Notes under the pieces: model-generated | Told to the model about the DNA's origin: nothing | The model's input: only the letters and a program-made list of their open reading frames with translations | Database searches by the model: none | Program-made: the position numbers and the translations under genes | Shown: positions 28,943-39,055 of the stretch, piece by piece | Position numbering within the stretch: the first letter of the stretch is position 1 | How the letters are laid out: each line of letters opens with the position of its first letter | From: Candidatus Borkfalkia excrementigallinarum | Lineage (GTDB): Bacteria; Bacillota; Clostridia; Christensenellales; Borkfalkiaceae | DNA: 64,000 nucleotides | Direction of reading: 5' to 3' | Assembly (NCBI GenBank): GCA_019115885.1 | Contig: DXCQ01000020.1 | Span: forward strand, 5,475-69,474

Positions 28943-29773
28943 ATGAGCAGAGCGGACGAAATTTTTATAGCAAATTGCCGCGACATTTTGGAGAACGGCG
29001 TTTGGGATACGGACAGGGAAGTGCGCCCCCGCTGGGAGGACGGCACGCCCGCGCACACCATCAAAAAATTCGGGCAGGTATCGCGGTACGATCTGCGCGA
29101 GGAGTTTCCCATCCTCACCATCCGCCGCACGTACTTGAAATCGGCAATCGACGAGATCCTTTGGATCTGGCAGAAAAAGAGCAATAACATTCACGATCTG
29201 TCCTCGCACATCTGGGACAGCTGGGCGGATGAAAACGGCTCCATCGGCAAGGCGTACGGCTATCAGCTGGGGCTGAAATATCAGTTTCCGGAAGGGGAGT
29301 TTGACCAGGTCGACAAGGTGCTGTTTGATTTGAAAAACAACCCCGCCAGCCGCCGCATCATCGCGCACATGTACAACGTCGCCGACCTCAAGGACATGCA
29401 TCTGTACCCCTGCGCCTATTCGATGACCTTCAACGTGACGGGCAACACCCTAAACGGCATTCTCAACCAGCGCAGCCAGGATATGCTCGCGGCGAGCAAC
29501 TGGAACGTCGTGCAGTACAGCATCCTTTTGATGATGTTCGCGCGCGCCTGCGGATTGGAAGCGGGGGAGCTGGTGCACGTCGTTGCGGACGCGCACATCT
29601 ACGACCGGCACGTCCCCATCGTCGAGCGCATTCTGCAGAACCCGCAATACCCTGCGCCGCGCCTCATTATGGACGATTCGGTCGCCGATTTTTATAAATT
29701 CACGAAGGACAGTTTCCGCCTCGAAAACTATCAATACACCGATTTAGACGTAAAAATACCCGTAGCGATCTGA
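28943..29773 (+). CDS. thyA: Thymidylate synthase
   Basis: IDEILWIW, IWDSWA, PASRR, LYPC, QRSQD, DAHIYDRH. Confidence 0.97.
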   Translation: MSRADEIFIANCRDILENGVWDTDREVRPRWEDGTPAHTIKKFGQVSRYDLREEFPILTIRRTYLKSAIDEILWIWQKKSNNIHDLSSHIWDSWADENGSIGKAYGYQLGLKYQFPEGEFDQVDKVLFDLKNNPASRRIIAHMYNVADLKDMHLYPCAYSMTFNVTGNTLNGILNQRSQDMLAASNWNVVQYSILLMMFARACGLEAGELVHVVADAHIYDRHVPIVERILQNPQYPAPRLIMDDSVADFYKFTKDSFRLENYQYTDLDVKIPVAI

Positions 29774-29830
29774 AAAAACGGATAAAATATAGTACTATGT
29801 CACACATAAACAGGTAAAAAGGAGAAAATT

Positions 29831-30337
29831 ATGCGCGCAATCGTAGCAGTAGACGAACGTTGGGGCATCGGCAAGAACAATGACCTGCTCTTTAAAATTC
29901 CCGCCGACATGAAGCATTTCCGCGAAACGACGGAGGGCAAAACCGTGGTGATGGGGAGCAATACGCTGCTCTCTTTCCCCGGCGGAAAGCCGCTCAAAAA
30001 CAGGACGAATATCGTGCTGTGGCCGGGCGGGGAAAAGCGCGAAGGCTGCACCGTGGTCGGCTCTTTGGAGGAACTGTTCGGAGAGGTCGAAAAGTATCCT
30101 GAGGACGATGTGTTCGTCATAGGCGGCGCGATGCTGTACCGCACCCTTCTGCCGTATTGTTCGGAGGCGATCGTAACCAAAGTGGAGGCGGACGGCGGCG
30201 CGGAGGTGTTCTTTGAAGATCTCGACGCGCTCAAAAATTGGAGCTTGGTTTCCGCAAGCGAGCCGCTCGAAACAAACGGCTACACGATCCGCTTTACTGT
30301 GTACCGCAACGGCGATATCCTCCCGATGCGGCGGTGA
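29831..30337 (+). CDS. folA: Dihydrofolate reductase
   Basis: AIVAVDERWGIG, DMKHFR, VVMG, PLKNRTN, VIGGA. Confidence 0.95.
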   Translation: MRAIVAVDERWGIGKNNDLLFKIPADMKHFRETTEGKTVVMGSNTLLSFPGGKPLKNRTNIVLWPGGEKREGCTVVGSLEELFGEVEKYPEDDVFVIGGAMLYRTLLPYCSEAIVTKVEADGGAEVFFEDLDALKNWSLVSASEPLETNGYTIRFTVYRNGDILPMRR

Positions 30338-30340
30338 GAG

Positions 30341-30556
30341 ATGAAGACGATCGCCATCGTCGAGGACGACGAATATATCGGGAACATGCTCGCGGAACTG
30401 CTCGGCGCGAGCGGGTATAAAACGGTGCGCGCCTATTCGGGCAGCGAGGCGCTCCTTCTCTTGGAGCGGGAAAAGCCGGACTTGATCCTGCTCGACTTGA
30501 TGCTCCCCGGAGTGAGCGGGGAGGCGGTTCTCGAACGGGTGGCGGGCGTGAACTAA
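30341..30556 (+). pseudogene. OmpR-type response regulator, receiver domain truncated by an insertion at 30551
   Basis: IVEDD and DLILLDLMLPG are present; stops mid-receiver before the conserved Lys and wHTH, where composition turns AT-rich. Confidence 0.85.
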
Positions 30557-30601
30557 AGCCCAGTAGAATCAATAGAAGGATATCAATGTGAGTTGGAGCG
30601 T

Positions 30602-31672
30602 TTATAACAAGATGCGAATTAAGAATTCACGTTTTGCCCATTTCTTATATGTATAGTATTCTGAAGATGTTAGATTAGTGGTGAGGAATTCAGTTATAAG
30701 AAAACCCCGATCGGAATTATCGGTTCCGTCGGGGTTGTTATCATTATGCGGGGGAGTGGTATGCGGTTCTCCATGATATTTTAAGAATATCTCTATTTTA
30801 TCCATGTAAACGATTATTTTCTCGACTAAAAGTTCTACAAGGTTTCGAGGTGTTTTTTGAATGGCGTACTTTAAGTATTTCTTAATTTCATCCGTCGTCG
30901 GGACTGAGCGCTCTTTGTTTTTTTCTATCAATAATTTTTCAGTCAATGCCTTCTTTTGCGTCTCAAGTTCATCCAAACGGGTTTTCGTAGTATCACTGAA
31001 AATTCCGTTTTCGATTGCTTTTAGCAAATTGGATAATGACTTGTTGGTTTGAGCTAAAGCCTTTTCAAGTGTTTTTAAGGTTTGCGCTTCGGCTGTATCT
31101 TGCTGTAATTTTATTAAAAGACGTTCAGTCAGAAAGTTTAGATTTTTCTCAGTTGTGACTTGGTCAACAAGTGCGGAAACTACGAGGTTTTCCAAAATGT
31201 CTTTTCGGAATGTTTTATCTTTACAGCCCTTTACTCGTCTGGCGGAAAAACAACGATAGTATCTGTATTGTTTCTTACCCCGTGATTTTCCTCCGGCTGA
31301 ACGCATAGGATTACCGCATTCGCAGAATAATTTTCCTTTTAAGATGTATTCAACGCCGGGGACATGTTTGCCGTGACGGTTCGCTTCAAGTCGCTTTTGT
31401 ACTTGTTGAAATATTTCTTCGGGGATGATGCGAGGAAAAATGTTGTCGTATAATATTCCGTTAACGGTATATCTTCCCGCATACCGCTCCAAATGTAACA
31501 TATAGTACATGGATTCAGGCGAAAATGGAACGCCTTTTTTATTTACGATGCCGTCGGCTTTTAATTCTTCTGCAAGGGTGAGCAATCTTTTTCCGTTTGC
31601 GTATTCGGTAAAGATTCTTTGTGCAATTTTCGCCTCGGTTTCATTGATAACGACTTTTCTGTCAATGACATC
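30602..31672 (-). mobile_element. C-terminal fragment of a large serine recombinase (recombinase + zinc ribbon + coiled coil)
   Basis: VINETEAKIAQRIFTEY, ERYAG, PRII, GKLFCECG, YYRC...C. The N-terminal catalytic domain is absent, and the AT-rich segment ends abruptly at 31672. Confidence 0.85.
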
Positions 31673-32557
31673 ATGACGATCGCTCTCGGCTGTGCGGCGG
31701 CGGTGCTCGCCGCCGCGGTGCTCATCCTCGCGCTGAAAGTATGCGCGCTGAAAAGTTCCCTGCGGGAACTCGCCGTACAGGCGGAGGAAAAATACCGCGA
31801 AAGCTCCAACGCGCCGCTCTCCCCGCAGTCTGCGGATAAGGGCGTGCGGCGGCTGGCGGGGGAACTCACGGCGCAGCTCGACGAAGTTATCGCCGCGCGG
31901 CGGCAGTATGCGGAGGGCAACGGCGAATTGCTGCGCGCCGTTACCAACGTTTCGCACGACCTGCGTACGCCGCTCACGTCCATTGCGGGGTATTTGGGTT
32001 TGCTCCGTTCGAGCGGGTTAAACGACAAACAAATCGAATTTGTCGATATTATCGGCGGGCGCGTCGCGGCGATGAAAAAGCTGACGGAGGAGCTGCTCGT
32101 CTATTCGGTCGCCGCGTCGGGCGAGGAGGAAATGCCCGCCGGGCGCGTCTGCCTCAACGATTGTCTGGAAGATTCTCTCACGCAGTTCTATGTATCCTTT
32201 GCGGAGCGCGGCATCGAACCGAAGATCGATATCTGCGCCGCGCGCGTGGAGCGCTCGTACAACAAGGACGCGCTCTCCCGCATATTCGGCAATATCCTCT
32301 CCAATGCCGTGCGGTATTCGGACGGCGATCTGTGCGTGCGTTTGGAGGAAACGGGGCGCATCGAATTTGAAAATTCCGCCTCGCGGTTAGACGGGGTGAG
32401 CGCGGGCAAGCTGTTCGACCGCTTTTTTACCGTGGAGAATGCGCGCGGTTCCGCGGGGCTGGGGCTCTCCATCGCCAAACTCCTCACCGAAAAGTCGGGC
32501 GGAAAGATCGCCGCGTCGTGGCGGGCGGGGCGGCTGAAAATCGTTTTGTGCCTGTAA
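31673..32557 (+). CDS. Sensor histidine kinase, RBS apparently lost
   Basis: N-terminal TM, NVSHDLRTPL H-box, NILSNAVRY, LFDRFF, GLGLSIAK; ATG abuts the recombinase fragment. Confidence 0.85.
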   Translation: MTIALGCAAAVLAAAVLILALKVCALKSSLRELAVQAEEKYRESSNAPLSPQSADKGVRRLAGELTAQLDEVIAARRQYAEGNGELLRAVTNVSHDLRTPLTSIAGYLGLLRSSGLNDKQIEFVDIIGGRVAAMKKLTEELLVYSVAASGEEEMPAGRVCLNDCLEDSLTQFYVSFAERGIEPKIDICAARVERSYNKDALSRIFGNILSNAVRYSDGDLCVRLEETGRIEFENSASRLDGVSAGKLFDRFFTVENARGSAGLGLSIAKLLTEKSGGKIAASWRAGRLKIVLCL

Positions 32558-32766
32558 ACGCGCGCCGTTTGTTTGCGCGGATAGAGAGCGGCGCGGCCTG
32601 TCGGGCGTTCGCGGGGTAAAAGTATGGGCAATAAAAGTGATATAGGGCGCAAAAGCGGCGGCAGTTTCGGAGCCGCCGTTTTTGCGCGAAAAATTTCTCC
32701 CGCTTGTATTTTTCCCGCGCCTGTGTTATAATAAAAGCAGAAAATAAAACGAGGAGGGGATTTCCT

Positions 32767-33918
32767 ATGGCAAGAATGATTCTCAACGAAACAAGTTACT
32801 TCGGCGCGGGCTGCCGCAGAGAAGTTGTGGGCGAGCTTAACCGCCGCAATATGAAAAAGGCGTTTATCGTTTCGGATAAAGACCTCGTAAAATTCGGCGT
32901 CGCGAAAAAAGTGACCGACGTGCTCGACGGGGCGGGCATCGCCTATGAATTGTTTGACGACGTTAAGGCGAACCCGACCATCGCCAACGTGCAGAGCGGG
33001 CTCGCCGCCTTCCGCAGAGCCAAGGCGGACGTGATCATCGCGATCGGCGGCGGCTCGGTCATGGATACGGCAAAGGCGATCGGCATCATCGTCGAAAATC
33101 CTGAGTTTGCGGATGTAAAGTCGCTCGAAGGCACGGCGGAGACCAAGCACAAGAGTTTCCCCGTCATCGCGTTCGCGACCACATCGGGCACCGCCGCGGA
33201 AGTTACCATCAACTACGTCATTACCGACGAGGAGGCGGGCAGAAAGCTCGTCTGCGTCGATCCCAACGATATCCCGGTCATCGCGTTCAACGATGCGGAG
33301 ATGCTGATGAGCATGCCCAAGGGCCTCACGGCGGCGACGGGTATGGACGCGCTCACGCACGCGATCGAGGCGTATATCACCCCCGGCGCCACGCCCATTT
33401 CCGATTTGATGACGTGGAACAGCATCAAGTTCATCGCGGAGAATTTGGAGGCGGCCGTCAGCGACGGAACGAACGCCGCGGCGCGCGAGGGCATGGCGTA
33501 CGGTTCGTATGTGGCGGGCATGGCGTTCTCCAACGTCGGGCTGGGCATCGTTCATTCGATGGCGCACCCGCTCGGCGCGCGCTACGATATCGCGCACGGC
33601 GTCGCCAACGCGCTGCTGCTCCCTTTCGTCATGGAATACAATAAACCGGCCGCCGTCAAAAAGTTCGGGGATATCGCGCGCGCGATGGGCGTCGATACCA
33701 AGGGCATGAGCGAGGAGCAGGCCGCCGATGCCGCCATTGAGGCGGTGCGCAGGCTCTCCAAGGCGATCGGCATCCCTCAGCGGCTGCGCGATATCGGCAT
33801 CAAAGAGGAACAGCTCGCCCAACTCGCGGAGGATGCGTTCATCGATCCCTGCACGGGCGGCAACCCGCGCAAAACCTCTGTGGCGGAGATCCTCGAAATC
33901 TATAAAAAAGCGCTGTAA
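32767..33918 (+). CDS. fucO: Lactaldehyde reductase (iron-dependent alcohol dehydrogenase)
   Basis: RMILNETSYFGAG, IGGGSVMD, TTSGTAAE, GMDALTHAIE, GLGIVHSMAH, AHGVANA. Confidence 0.9.
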   Translation: MARMILNETSYFGAGCRREVVGELNRRNMKKAFIVSDKDLVKFGVAKKVTDVLDGAGIAYELFDDVKANPTIANVQSGLAAFRRAKADVIIAIGGGSVMDTAKAIGIIVENPEFADVKSLEGTAETKHKSFPVIAFATTSGTAAEVTINYVITDEEAGRKLVCVDPNDIPVIAFNDAEMLMSMPKGLTAATGMDALTHAIEAYITPGATPISDLMTWNSIKFIAENLEAAVSDGTNAAAREGMAYGSYVAGMAFSNVGLGIVHSMAHPLGARYDIAHGVANALLLPFVMEYNKPAAVKKFGDIARAMGVDTKGMSEEQAADAAIEAVRRLSKAIGIPQRLRDIGIKEEQLAQLAEDAFIDPCTGGNPRKTSVAEILEIYKKAL

Positions 33919-34154
33919 AAAAGTTTCGTAAATTTTCGTTGCGCGGGCGGCGCCGTATCTGCAGAGGCGGCGTGTTTTCCGCTTTCGGGCGGGTGCGGCG
34001 GAGGCTTGCGGCGGAGTATGGGCGGGGCAAAACGGCTCCGCCCTTTTTTTGTCGCATTTTTTGCGATAGTTTTCCGACCCGCGCCGCATTCGCTTGCATT
34101 TTCGGGCGCAAAATATTAAAATAGAGAGCGAAACTATTTGACAGAGGTTAACGT

Positions 34155-35486
34155 ATGGAAAAGATAGACGGCAATATTGTGAGCGGCTGCGTCGGGTATA
34201 AAGAGTTTCCCGAACATGTGAACGAGATCGTTTCGATGAAGGGGATGATCCACCGCATCCGCGAGATGACGGGTTTTGCGTTCGTCATCATCCGCACCGC
34301 GCGCGACGTGGTGCAGTGCGTGTACTCGCCCGATTTTTCCGACTACCGCATGGATGAAACGGTGGTCGAGGGCTGCGCCGTCAAAATAACGGGCAAGATC
34401 GTCAAAGACGAAACGCGCGAGGGGCGCTACGAATTGCAAATACACAACATCGAGGTCCTTTCCACCCCCGCCGAAATGATGCCTATCGTCATCAACAAAA
34501 AACAGCTGGACAATATCCCGCTCGATCTCAACCTGAACATGCGCCCCGTGACTCTCCGCAACCCCAAGGAGCGCGCCGTGTTCAAAATTCAGGAGGGCAT
34601 TGCCCGCGGGTTCCGCGAGTTCCTGTTCTCGCAGAATTTCACCGAGATCCGCACCCCCAAGATCAACGCGCAGGGCGCCGAGGGCGGCGCGAATATCTTC
34701 AAGCTCGACTACTTCGGCAAACAGGTGTTCCTCGCGCAGAGCCCGCAGTTCTATAAACAGATGCTCGTGCCCGTCTACGAGCGCGTGTTCGAGGTCGGGC
34801 CGGTATTCCGCGCCGAGCATCACGATACTTCCCGCCATCTCAACGAGTATATCAGCATGGATTTCGAGATGGGCTTTATCGACAGTTTTTACGATATCAT
34901 GAACATGGAAACGGGTGCGCTCAAATACATCATGGCGCTGCTCAAAAAGGACTACGCGGAAGAAATTGCCCTGTTGAACGTCAATTTGCCTGAAATTGTC
35001 GATATTCCTTTCGTCAAATTCATGGACGCGAAGGAGATCATCACCAAAAAATATAAAAAGAAGATCACCGACTACCGCGACTTCGAGCCGGAGGAGGAGC
35101 AGATCCTCGGCAAGTGGGCAAAGCAGGAGTTTAATTCCGACTTCCTGTTCGTTACCCATTACCCGTCCGAAAAGCGCCCGTTCTATGCGATGGACGATCC
35201 CGCCGATCCGAACTATACGCTGAGTTTCGACCTCTTGTTCCGCGGCATCGAGATCACGACGGGCGGCCAGCGCATCCACGACTACAACGAGCAGGTCGCC
35301 AAGATGCGCGCGCGCGGCATGAATCCCGACGATTTCGAGGGGTACCTGATGGCGCATAAATACGGTATGCCCCCGCACGGCGGTTTAGGCCTCGGCTTGG
35401 AGCGCATCACCATGCACCTTTTGGGCTTTAAGAACGTGCGCAACGCCTCCATGTTCCCGCGCGACATCAACCGCGTAACCCCGTAA
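34155..35486 (+). CDS. aspS: Short archaeal/eukaryal-type aspartyl-tRNA synthetase (possibly non-discriminating)
   Basis: 443 aa with no bacterial GAD insertion; LAQSPQFYKQ, FRAE, RHLNEY, EITTGGQRIH, PPHGGLGLGLER. Confidence 0.92.
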   Translation: MEKIDGNIVSGCVGYKEFPEHVNEIVSMKGMIHRIREMTGFAFVIIRTARDVVQCVYSPDFSDYRMDETVVEGCAVKITGKIVKDETREGRYELQIHNIEVLSTPAEMMPIVINKKQLDNIPLDLNLNMRPVTLRNPKERAVFKIQEGIARGFREFLFSQNFTEIRTPKINAQGAEGGANIFKLDYFGKQVFLAQSPQFYKQMLVPVYERVFEVGPVFRAEHHDTSRHLNEYISMDFEMGFIDSFYDIMNMETGALKYIMALLKKDYAEEIALLNVNLPEIVDIPFVKFMDAKEIITKKYKKKITDYRDFEPEEEQILGKWAKQEFNSDFLFVTHYPSEKRPFYAMDDPADPNYTLSFDLLFRGIEITTGGQRIHDYNEQVAKMRARGMNPDDFEGYLMAHKYGMPPHGGLGLGLERITMHLLGFKNVRNASMFPRDINRVTP

Positions 35487-35550
35487 CCGCAACGTTCGGC
35501 GGTCGGCCGTTTGGCTTTGCGGCAAGTGCGCTTTATCATAGGAAATCCGT

Positions 35551-35607
35551 AAATTGTCAACCGTGTATTAAAATGCGGTTGACAATTTTTTTGTTTTGTG
35601 CTACAAT
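35551..35607 (+). promoter_or_regulatory. BirA operator overlapping the birA-bioY promoter
   Basis: 13-bp perfect inverted repeat with a TGTCAAC-N16-GTTGACA core. The right arm is the -35 of TTGACA-17-TACAAT. Confidence 0.85.
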
Positions 35608-35613
35608 CGCGGC

Positions 35614-36582
35614 ATGAAACTGAAAGAGCAGATCTATAGAAAGTTAGACGGCGCGCGCGGGCGCAGCTTTTCGGGCGAGGAGCTGGCGGAAGAGTTCGGC
35701 GTCAGCCGCAACGCCGTGTGGAAAGCGATCAAAAGTTTACAGGCGGAAGGATTTCTGATCACGGCAGCGACCAACCGCGGCTATTCGCTTTCGCCGGAAA
35801 ACGATAAGCTCACCGCGGCGGGCGTGGAAAAGTATCTGAAAGGGGAGGGCGGGTACTCCGTTTCCGTCGTCGGGTCGACGGGTTCCGTCCTCGACGACCT
35901 GAAAGGGCAGGCCGCGGCGGGCGCCCCCGCGTGGAGCGTTCTCATCGCGGAGGAGCAGACGGCGGGGCGGGGCAGGTTCGGCAGGCCCTTCTATTCCCCC
36001 CGCGGCGCGGGGCTGTACATCGGCATTCTTCTGCGTCCCAAACTTTCGGCGGCGGAAACGCTGTTCATCACCACGAGCGCGGCGGTCGCCGTGTGCGAGG
36101 CGATCGAGAGTGTGTCCGGCGAATCCGCCTCCGTCAAATGGGTGAACGACGTGTTTCTACGCGGCAAAAAGGCGTGCGGCATTTTGACGGAGGCGTCCTT
36201 CAACGTGGAGAGCGGCGGCTTGGATCACGCCGTTGTGGGTATCGGCATAAACGTCAAAGACGAGGCATTTCCTCTCGAATTGCAGCCGATCGCAACGTCC
36301 GTCTTTCAGGGCAGGGAATGCCCTGCCGAAACGCGCGCAAAACTCGCCGCCGAGCTGTTGGAGAGGTTCCGTTTTTATTGCGAGGGGATACCGCAGCGAA
36401 CCTTCTTTCCGCAGTATAAACAGCGCTCCTTTGTGATCGGCAGGCGCGTCGCCGTTCGGTCGGGGAACTTAAATTCTTCCGCCGAAGTATTGGATATCGA
36501 TGAAAATTGTTTTTTGATCGTGCGCTTTGATGATGGCACGATACACCGCCTTTCGGGCGGCGAGATCAGCATAAAACTGTAA
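35614..36582 (+). CDS. birA: Bifunctional biotin ligase/repressor
   Basis: N-terminal HTH SGEELAEEFGVSRNAVWKAI, EEQTAGRGRFGR, KWVND, KKACGIL, GIGIN. Confidence 0.96.
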   Translation: MKLKEQIYRKLDGARGRSFSGEELAEEFGVSRNAVWKAIKSLQAEGFLITAATNRGYSLSPENDKLTAAGVEKYLKGEGGYSVSVVGSTGSVLDDLKGQAAAGAPAWSVLIAEEQTAGRGRFGRPFYSPRGAGLYIGILLRPKLSAAETLFITTSAAVAVCEAIESVSGESASVKWVNDVFLRGKKACGILTEASFNVESGGLDHAVVGIGINVKDEAFPLELQPIATSVFQGRECPAETRAKLAAELLERFRFYCEGIPQRTFFPQYKQRSFVIGRRVAVRSGNLNSSAEVLDIDENCFLIVRFDDGTIHRLSGGEISIKL

Positions 36583-36612
36583 TAAATCAAGTACTATGCG
36601 AGGCATAACGGC

Positions 36613-37248
36613 GTGAAAATAGAGAAAAACGAACAAACACCGCAGCAGAACACAGAAAAATCCGAGCAGATAGCGGCGCCGGATATCGGGGCAAAACGGA
36701 GAGGAAGGCGCATCGCGGCGGAGCTTGCCAAGTGCGCGGTCTTTGTGGTACTGATGGTTGTCGCGGCGAAAATTTCCATACCCTTTTATCCCGTCGCGCT
36801 CACCTTTCAAACGGTCGTGGCTGTGCTGGCGGGGCTTCTGCTGGGGCCGAAGTACGGCTCCGCGGCGATGGCGGTGTACGTCTTTATCGGGCTCGTCGGC
36901 CTGCCCGTTTTTACGAGCGGCGGAGGTTTTGCCTATGTGGTGCAAGTTACCTTCGGCTATACGATCGGGTTCATTGCGGCGGCGTTTGCGGCGGGCTTGG
37001 CCGCCGGCAAGGGCACGCTTTCCCTCCGCCGCGCGGTCATCGCCGGGTTGGTCGGGTTCTTCGTAAATTACCTGGTCGGTATTCCGTACTTTGCCTGCAT
37101 CTGGGCGTTCTATCTGCACAACGGCGGGCTGTGGCAGATCATCGTTACGGGCAATCTGCTGTATATGCCGAAAGATCTCGTTCTCTGCATTCTGGCGGCG
37201 TTTCTTGCATGGCGCGTCCGCCCGCTGCTCGGCAGGCTGTCGGCATAG
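36613..37248 (+). CDS. bioY: Biotin ECF S-component
   Basis: VALTFQT, GLVGLPVF..GGG, TFGYTIGF, YLVG..Y; adjacent to birA. Confidence 0.92.
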   Translation: MKIEKNEQTPQQNTEKSEQIAAPDIGAKRRGRRIAAELAKCAVFVVLMVVAAKISIPFYPVALTFQTVVAVLAGLLLGPKYGSAAMAVYVFIGLVGLPVFTSGGGFAYVVQVTFGYTIGFIAAAFAAGLAAGKGTLSLRRAVIAGLVGFFVNYLVGIPYFACIWAFYLHNGGLWQIIVTGNLLYMPKDLVLCILAAFLAWRVRPLLGRLSA

Positions 37249-37448
37249 CTCAACGGCGTTGCTATACATAAGGCATTCCTTTTGCCGCAGAGGATCGCGG
37301 TTTTTCAAAATAGAAAACGCGGCAAAATAAATATCGCGGCGCACTGTACTTGCGGGCAAGGCGGTGCGCTTTTTTAATTTACAATTTAAGCCGTTTGTTA
37401 TATAATGAATGGTAAGAAAACAGCGATTTTACGGAAGGGCGATCTGCA

Positions 37449-37763
37449 ATGAAAAAAGTGAAGATCACAGTGATGAAAACGGCGCGCTACACAGACTTGA
37501 TCGAGAAATACGAAAAGCCGATTTCGCACGCCTGCGATATGCGGGAAGGGCAAATTTTTATCGCGAACGGCTGGAAAAGGCCGTCGGATTTTTGCGAAAG
37601 CGCTTGGGAAAGCATCTCCGCTTTTGTGATGGCGCTTGCCCACGGCGGCGAAGATTTGTATGACGGTTGGATGAAGAATAAAAGGTCGGCAATGATCTCC
37701 TGCAACGACGGGTTCCGGCCCGTAAGTTTTCTGCTTGAAACGATGGATGCAGACGCCGAATGA
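37449..37763 (+). CDS. TIGR04076-like small Cys-containing protein
   Basis: KVKITV, HACDM.EGQ.F, FCESAW, ISCNDGFRPVSFLLE. Confidence 0.8.
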   Translation: MKKVKITVMKTARYTDLIEKYEKPISHACDMREGQIFIANGWKRPSDFCESAWESISAFVMALAHGGEDLYDGWMKNKRSAMISCNDGFRPVSFLLETMDADAE

Positions 37764-37882
37764 AAATGCGCCGCGCGGACGTTAAAAAGAGGGTTCGGTT
37801 TTGCGGCGGCATGGCCGAACATACAAGACATATGGGAAGAGGACTTTTTGACCGCAGAGCCAATGCGGCGGGAGAATAAAAA

Positions 37883-39055
37883 GTGTATACATTTTTGCTT
37901 TGCCTTATCTATATTGCGTTTATCAGCCTCGGCCTGCCCGATTCGCTCCTCGGTTCGGGGTGGCCGGTCATTCATGAAGACCTGAATGTCCCCGTATCCT
38001 TTATGGGGATCATATCCATGATCATATCGGGCGGAACGATCGTATCGAGCCTGTTTTCCCATGCGCTGACAAAAAAGCTGGGAACGCGTATCGTAACGGT
38101 TATCAGTGTATTCCTGACGGCGGTCGCCCTGCTGGGCTTTTCCTTTTCCGATCGGTTTTGGATGCTCATTGTATTTGCCATCCCTTACGGTCTCGGCGCG
38201 GGTGCGATCGATGCCGCTTTGAACAATTACGTCGCGCTCCATTATTCATCCAAGCATATGAGCTGGCTGCACTGCTTTTGGGGCGTCGGAACGATCGTGA
38301 GTCCGTTTATCATGAGCTATGCTTTGGCAAATTCCGATTGGAACAACGGCTACCGCATCGTCGGATTGATCCAAATCGGCATCGGGGTGCTCCTTTTGGC
38401 CACGCTGCCCGTCTGGAAAGTCAACAAAAAAGCGCAAACGGAAGAACAAAAGAGCATCGGGCTGCTCGGCGCTTTGAAAATCAAGGGGGTCCCGTTTCTT
38501 CTGATCGGTTTTTTTGCCTATTGCGCGGCGGAGGCGACGGCGATGTATTGGGCGAGCACCTATTTTGTCGAAGCAAAGGGGATATCTGCCGAACAGGCGG
38601 CCCTGTTCGCATCCCTGTTTTATATAGGAATAACCGTAGGAAGGTTTATCAGCGGATTCGTTGCAGATAAACTCGGCGACAGGAAGATGATCGTCATAGG
38701 CACCTGCGTCTTGGCTTGCGGGATCCTTGCCTTGCTGATCCCTGCGCCGACGGCTCTTTCGCTCGCCGCGTTCATTGTGATCGGGTTCGGCTGCGCGCCG
38801 ATCTATCCCTGCATCATTCATTCCACGCCGCACAATTTCGGGGCGGAAAATTCGGGCGCGATCATCGGGATCCAGATGGCGAGCGCCTATATCGGCTCCA
38901 CGTTCATCCCGCCGCTGTTCGGCTTGCTCGGCAATTTGGTCGGCTTTTCGGTCATGCCCGTGTATCTGCTGCTATTCGTCGTTCTGATGATAAGCATGAC
39001 GGAGCTTACGTTCCGGATAACTAAAAAGGATCATTTATCGGAGGGAACGCTGTGA
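37883..39055 (+). CDS. MFS transporter
   Basis: About 12 TM; FISLGLPDSLLGSGWP, GLGAGAIDAALN, LHCFWGVG. Confidence 0.92.
   Translation: MYTFLLCLIYIAFISLGLPDSLLGSGWPVIHEDLNVPVSFMGIISMIISGGTIVSSLFSHALTKKLGTRIVTVISVFLTAVALLGFSFSDRFWMLIVFAIPYGLGAGAIDAALNNYVALHYSSKHMSWLHCFWGVGTIVSPFIMSYALANSDWNNGYRIVGLIQIGIGVLLLATLPVWKVNKKAQTEEQKSIGLLGALKIKGVPFLLIGFFAYCAAEATAMYWASTYFVEAKGISAEQAALFASLFYIGITVGRFISGFVADKLGDRKMIVIGTCVLACGILALLIPAPTALSLAAFIVIGFGCAPIYPCIIHSTPHNFGAENSGAIIGIQMASAYIGSTFIPPLFGLLGNLVGFSVMPVYLLLFVVLMISMTELTFRITKKDHLSEGTL

Noticed and set aside
27820-29187. 455-aa Arg/Gly-rich plus-strand ORF
   Set aside because: Alternative frame of glpK/thyA with composition typical of off-frame GC-rich DNA
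30602-31957. ORF-track 451-aa recombinase as an intact gene
   Set aside because: Its first about 95 codons are antisense to the histidine kinase; true recombinase similarity starts near 31672 and lacks the catalytic domain
32188-34089. 633-aa minus-strand ORF
   Set aside because: Antisense shadow of fucO and the kinase; no motifs; expected from GC-rich codon bias
34134-35378. 414-aa minus-strand ORF
   Set aside because: Shadow of aspS
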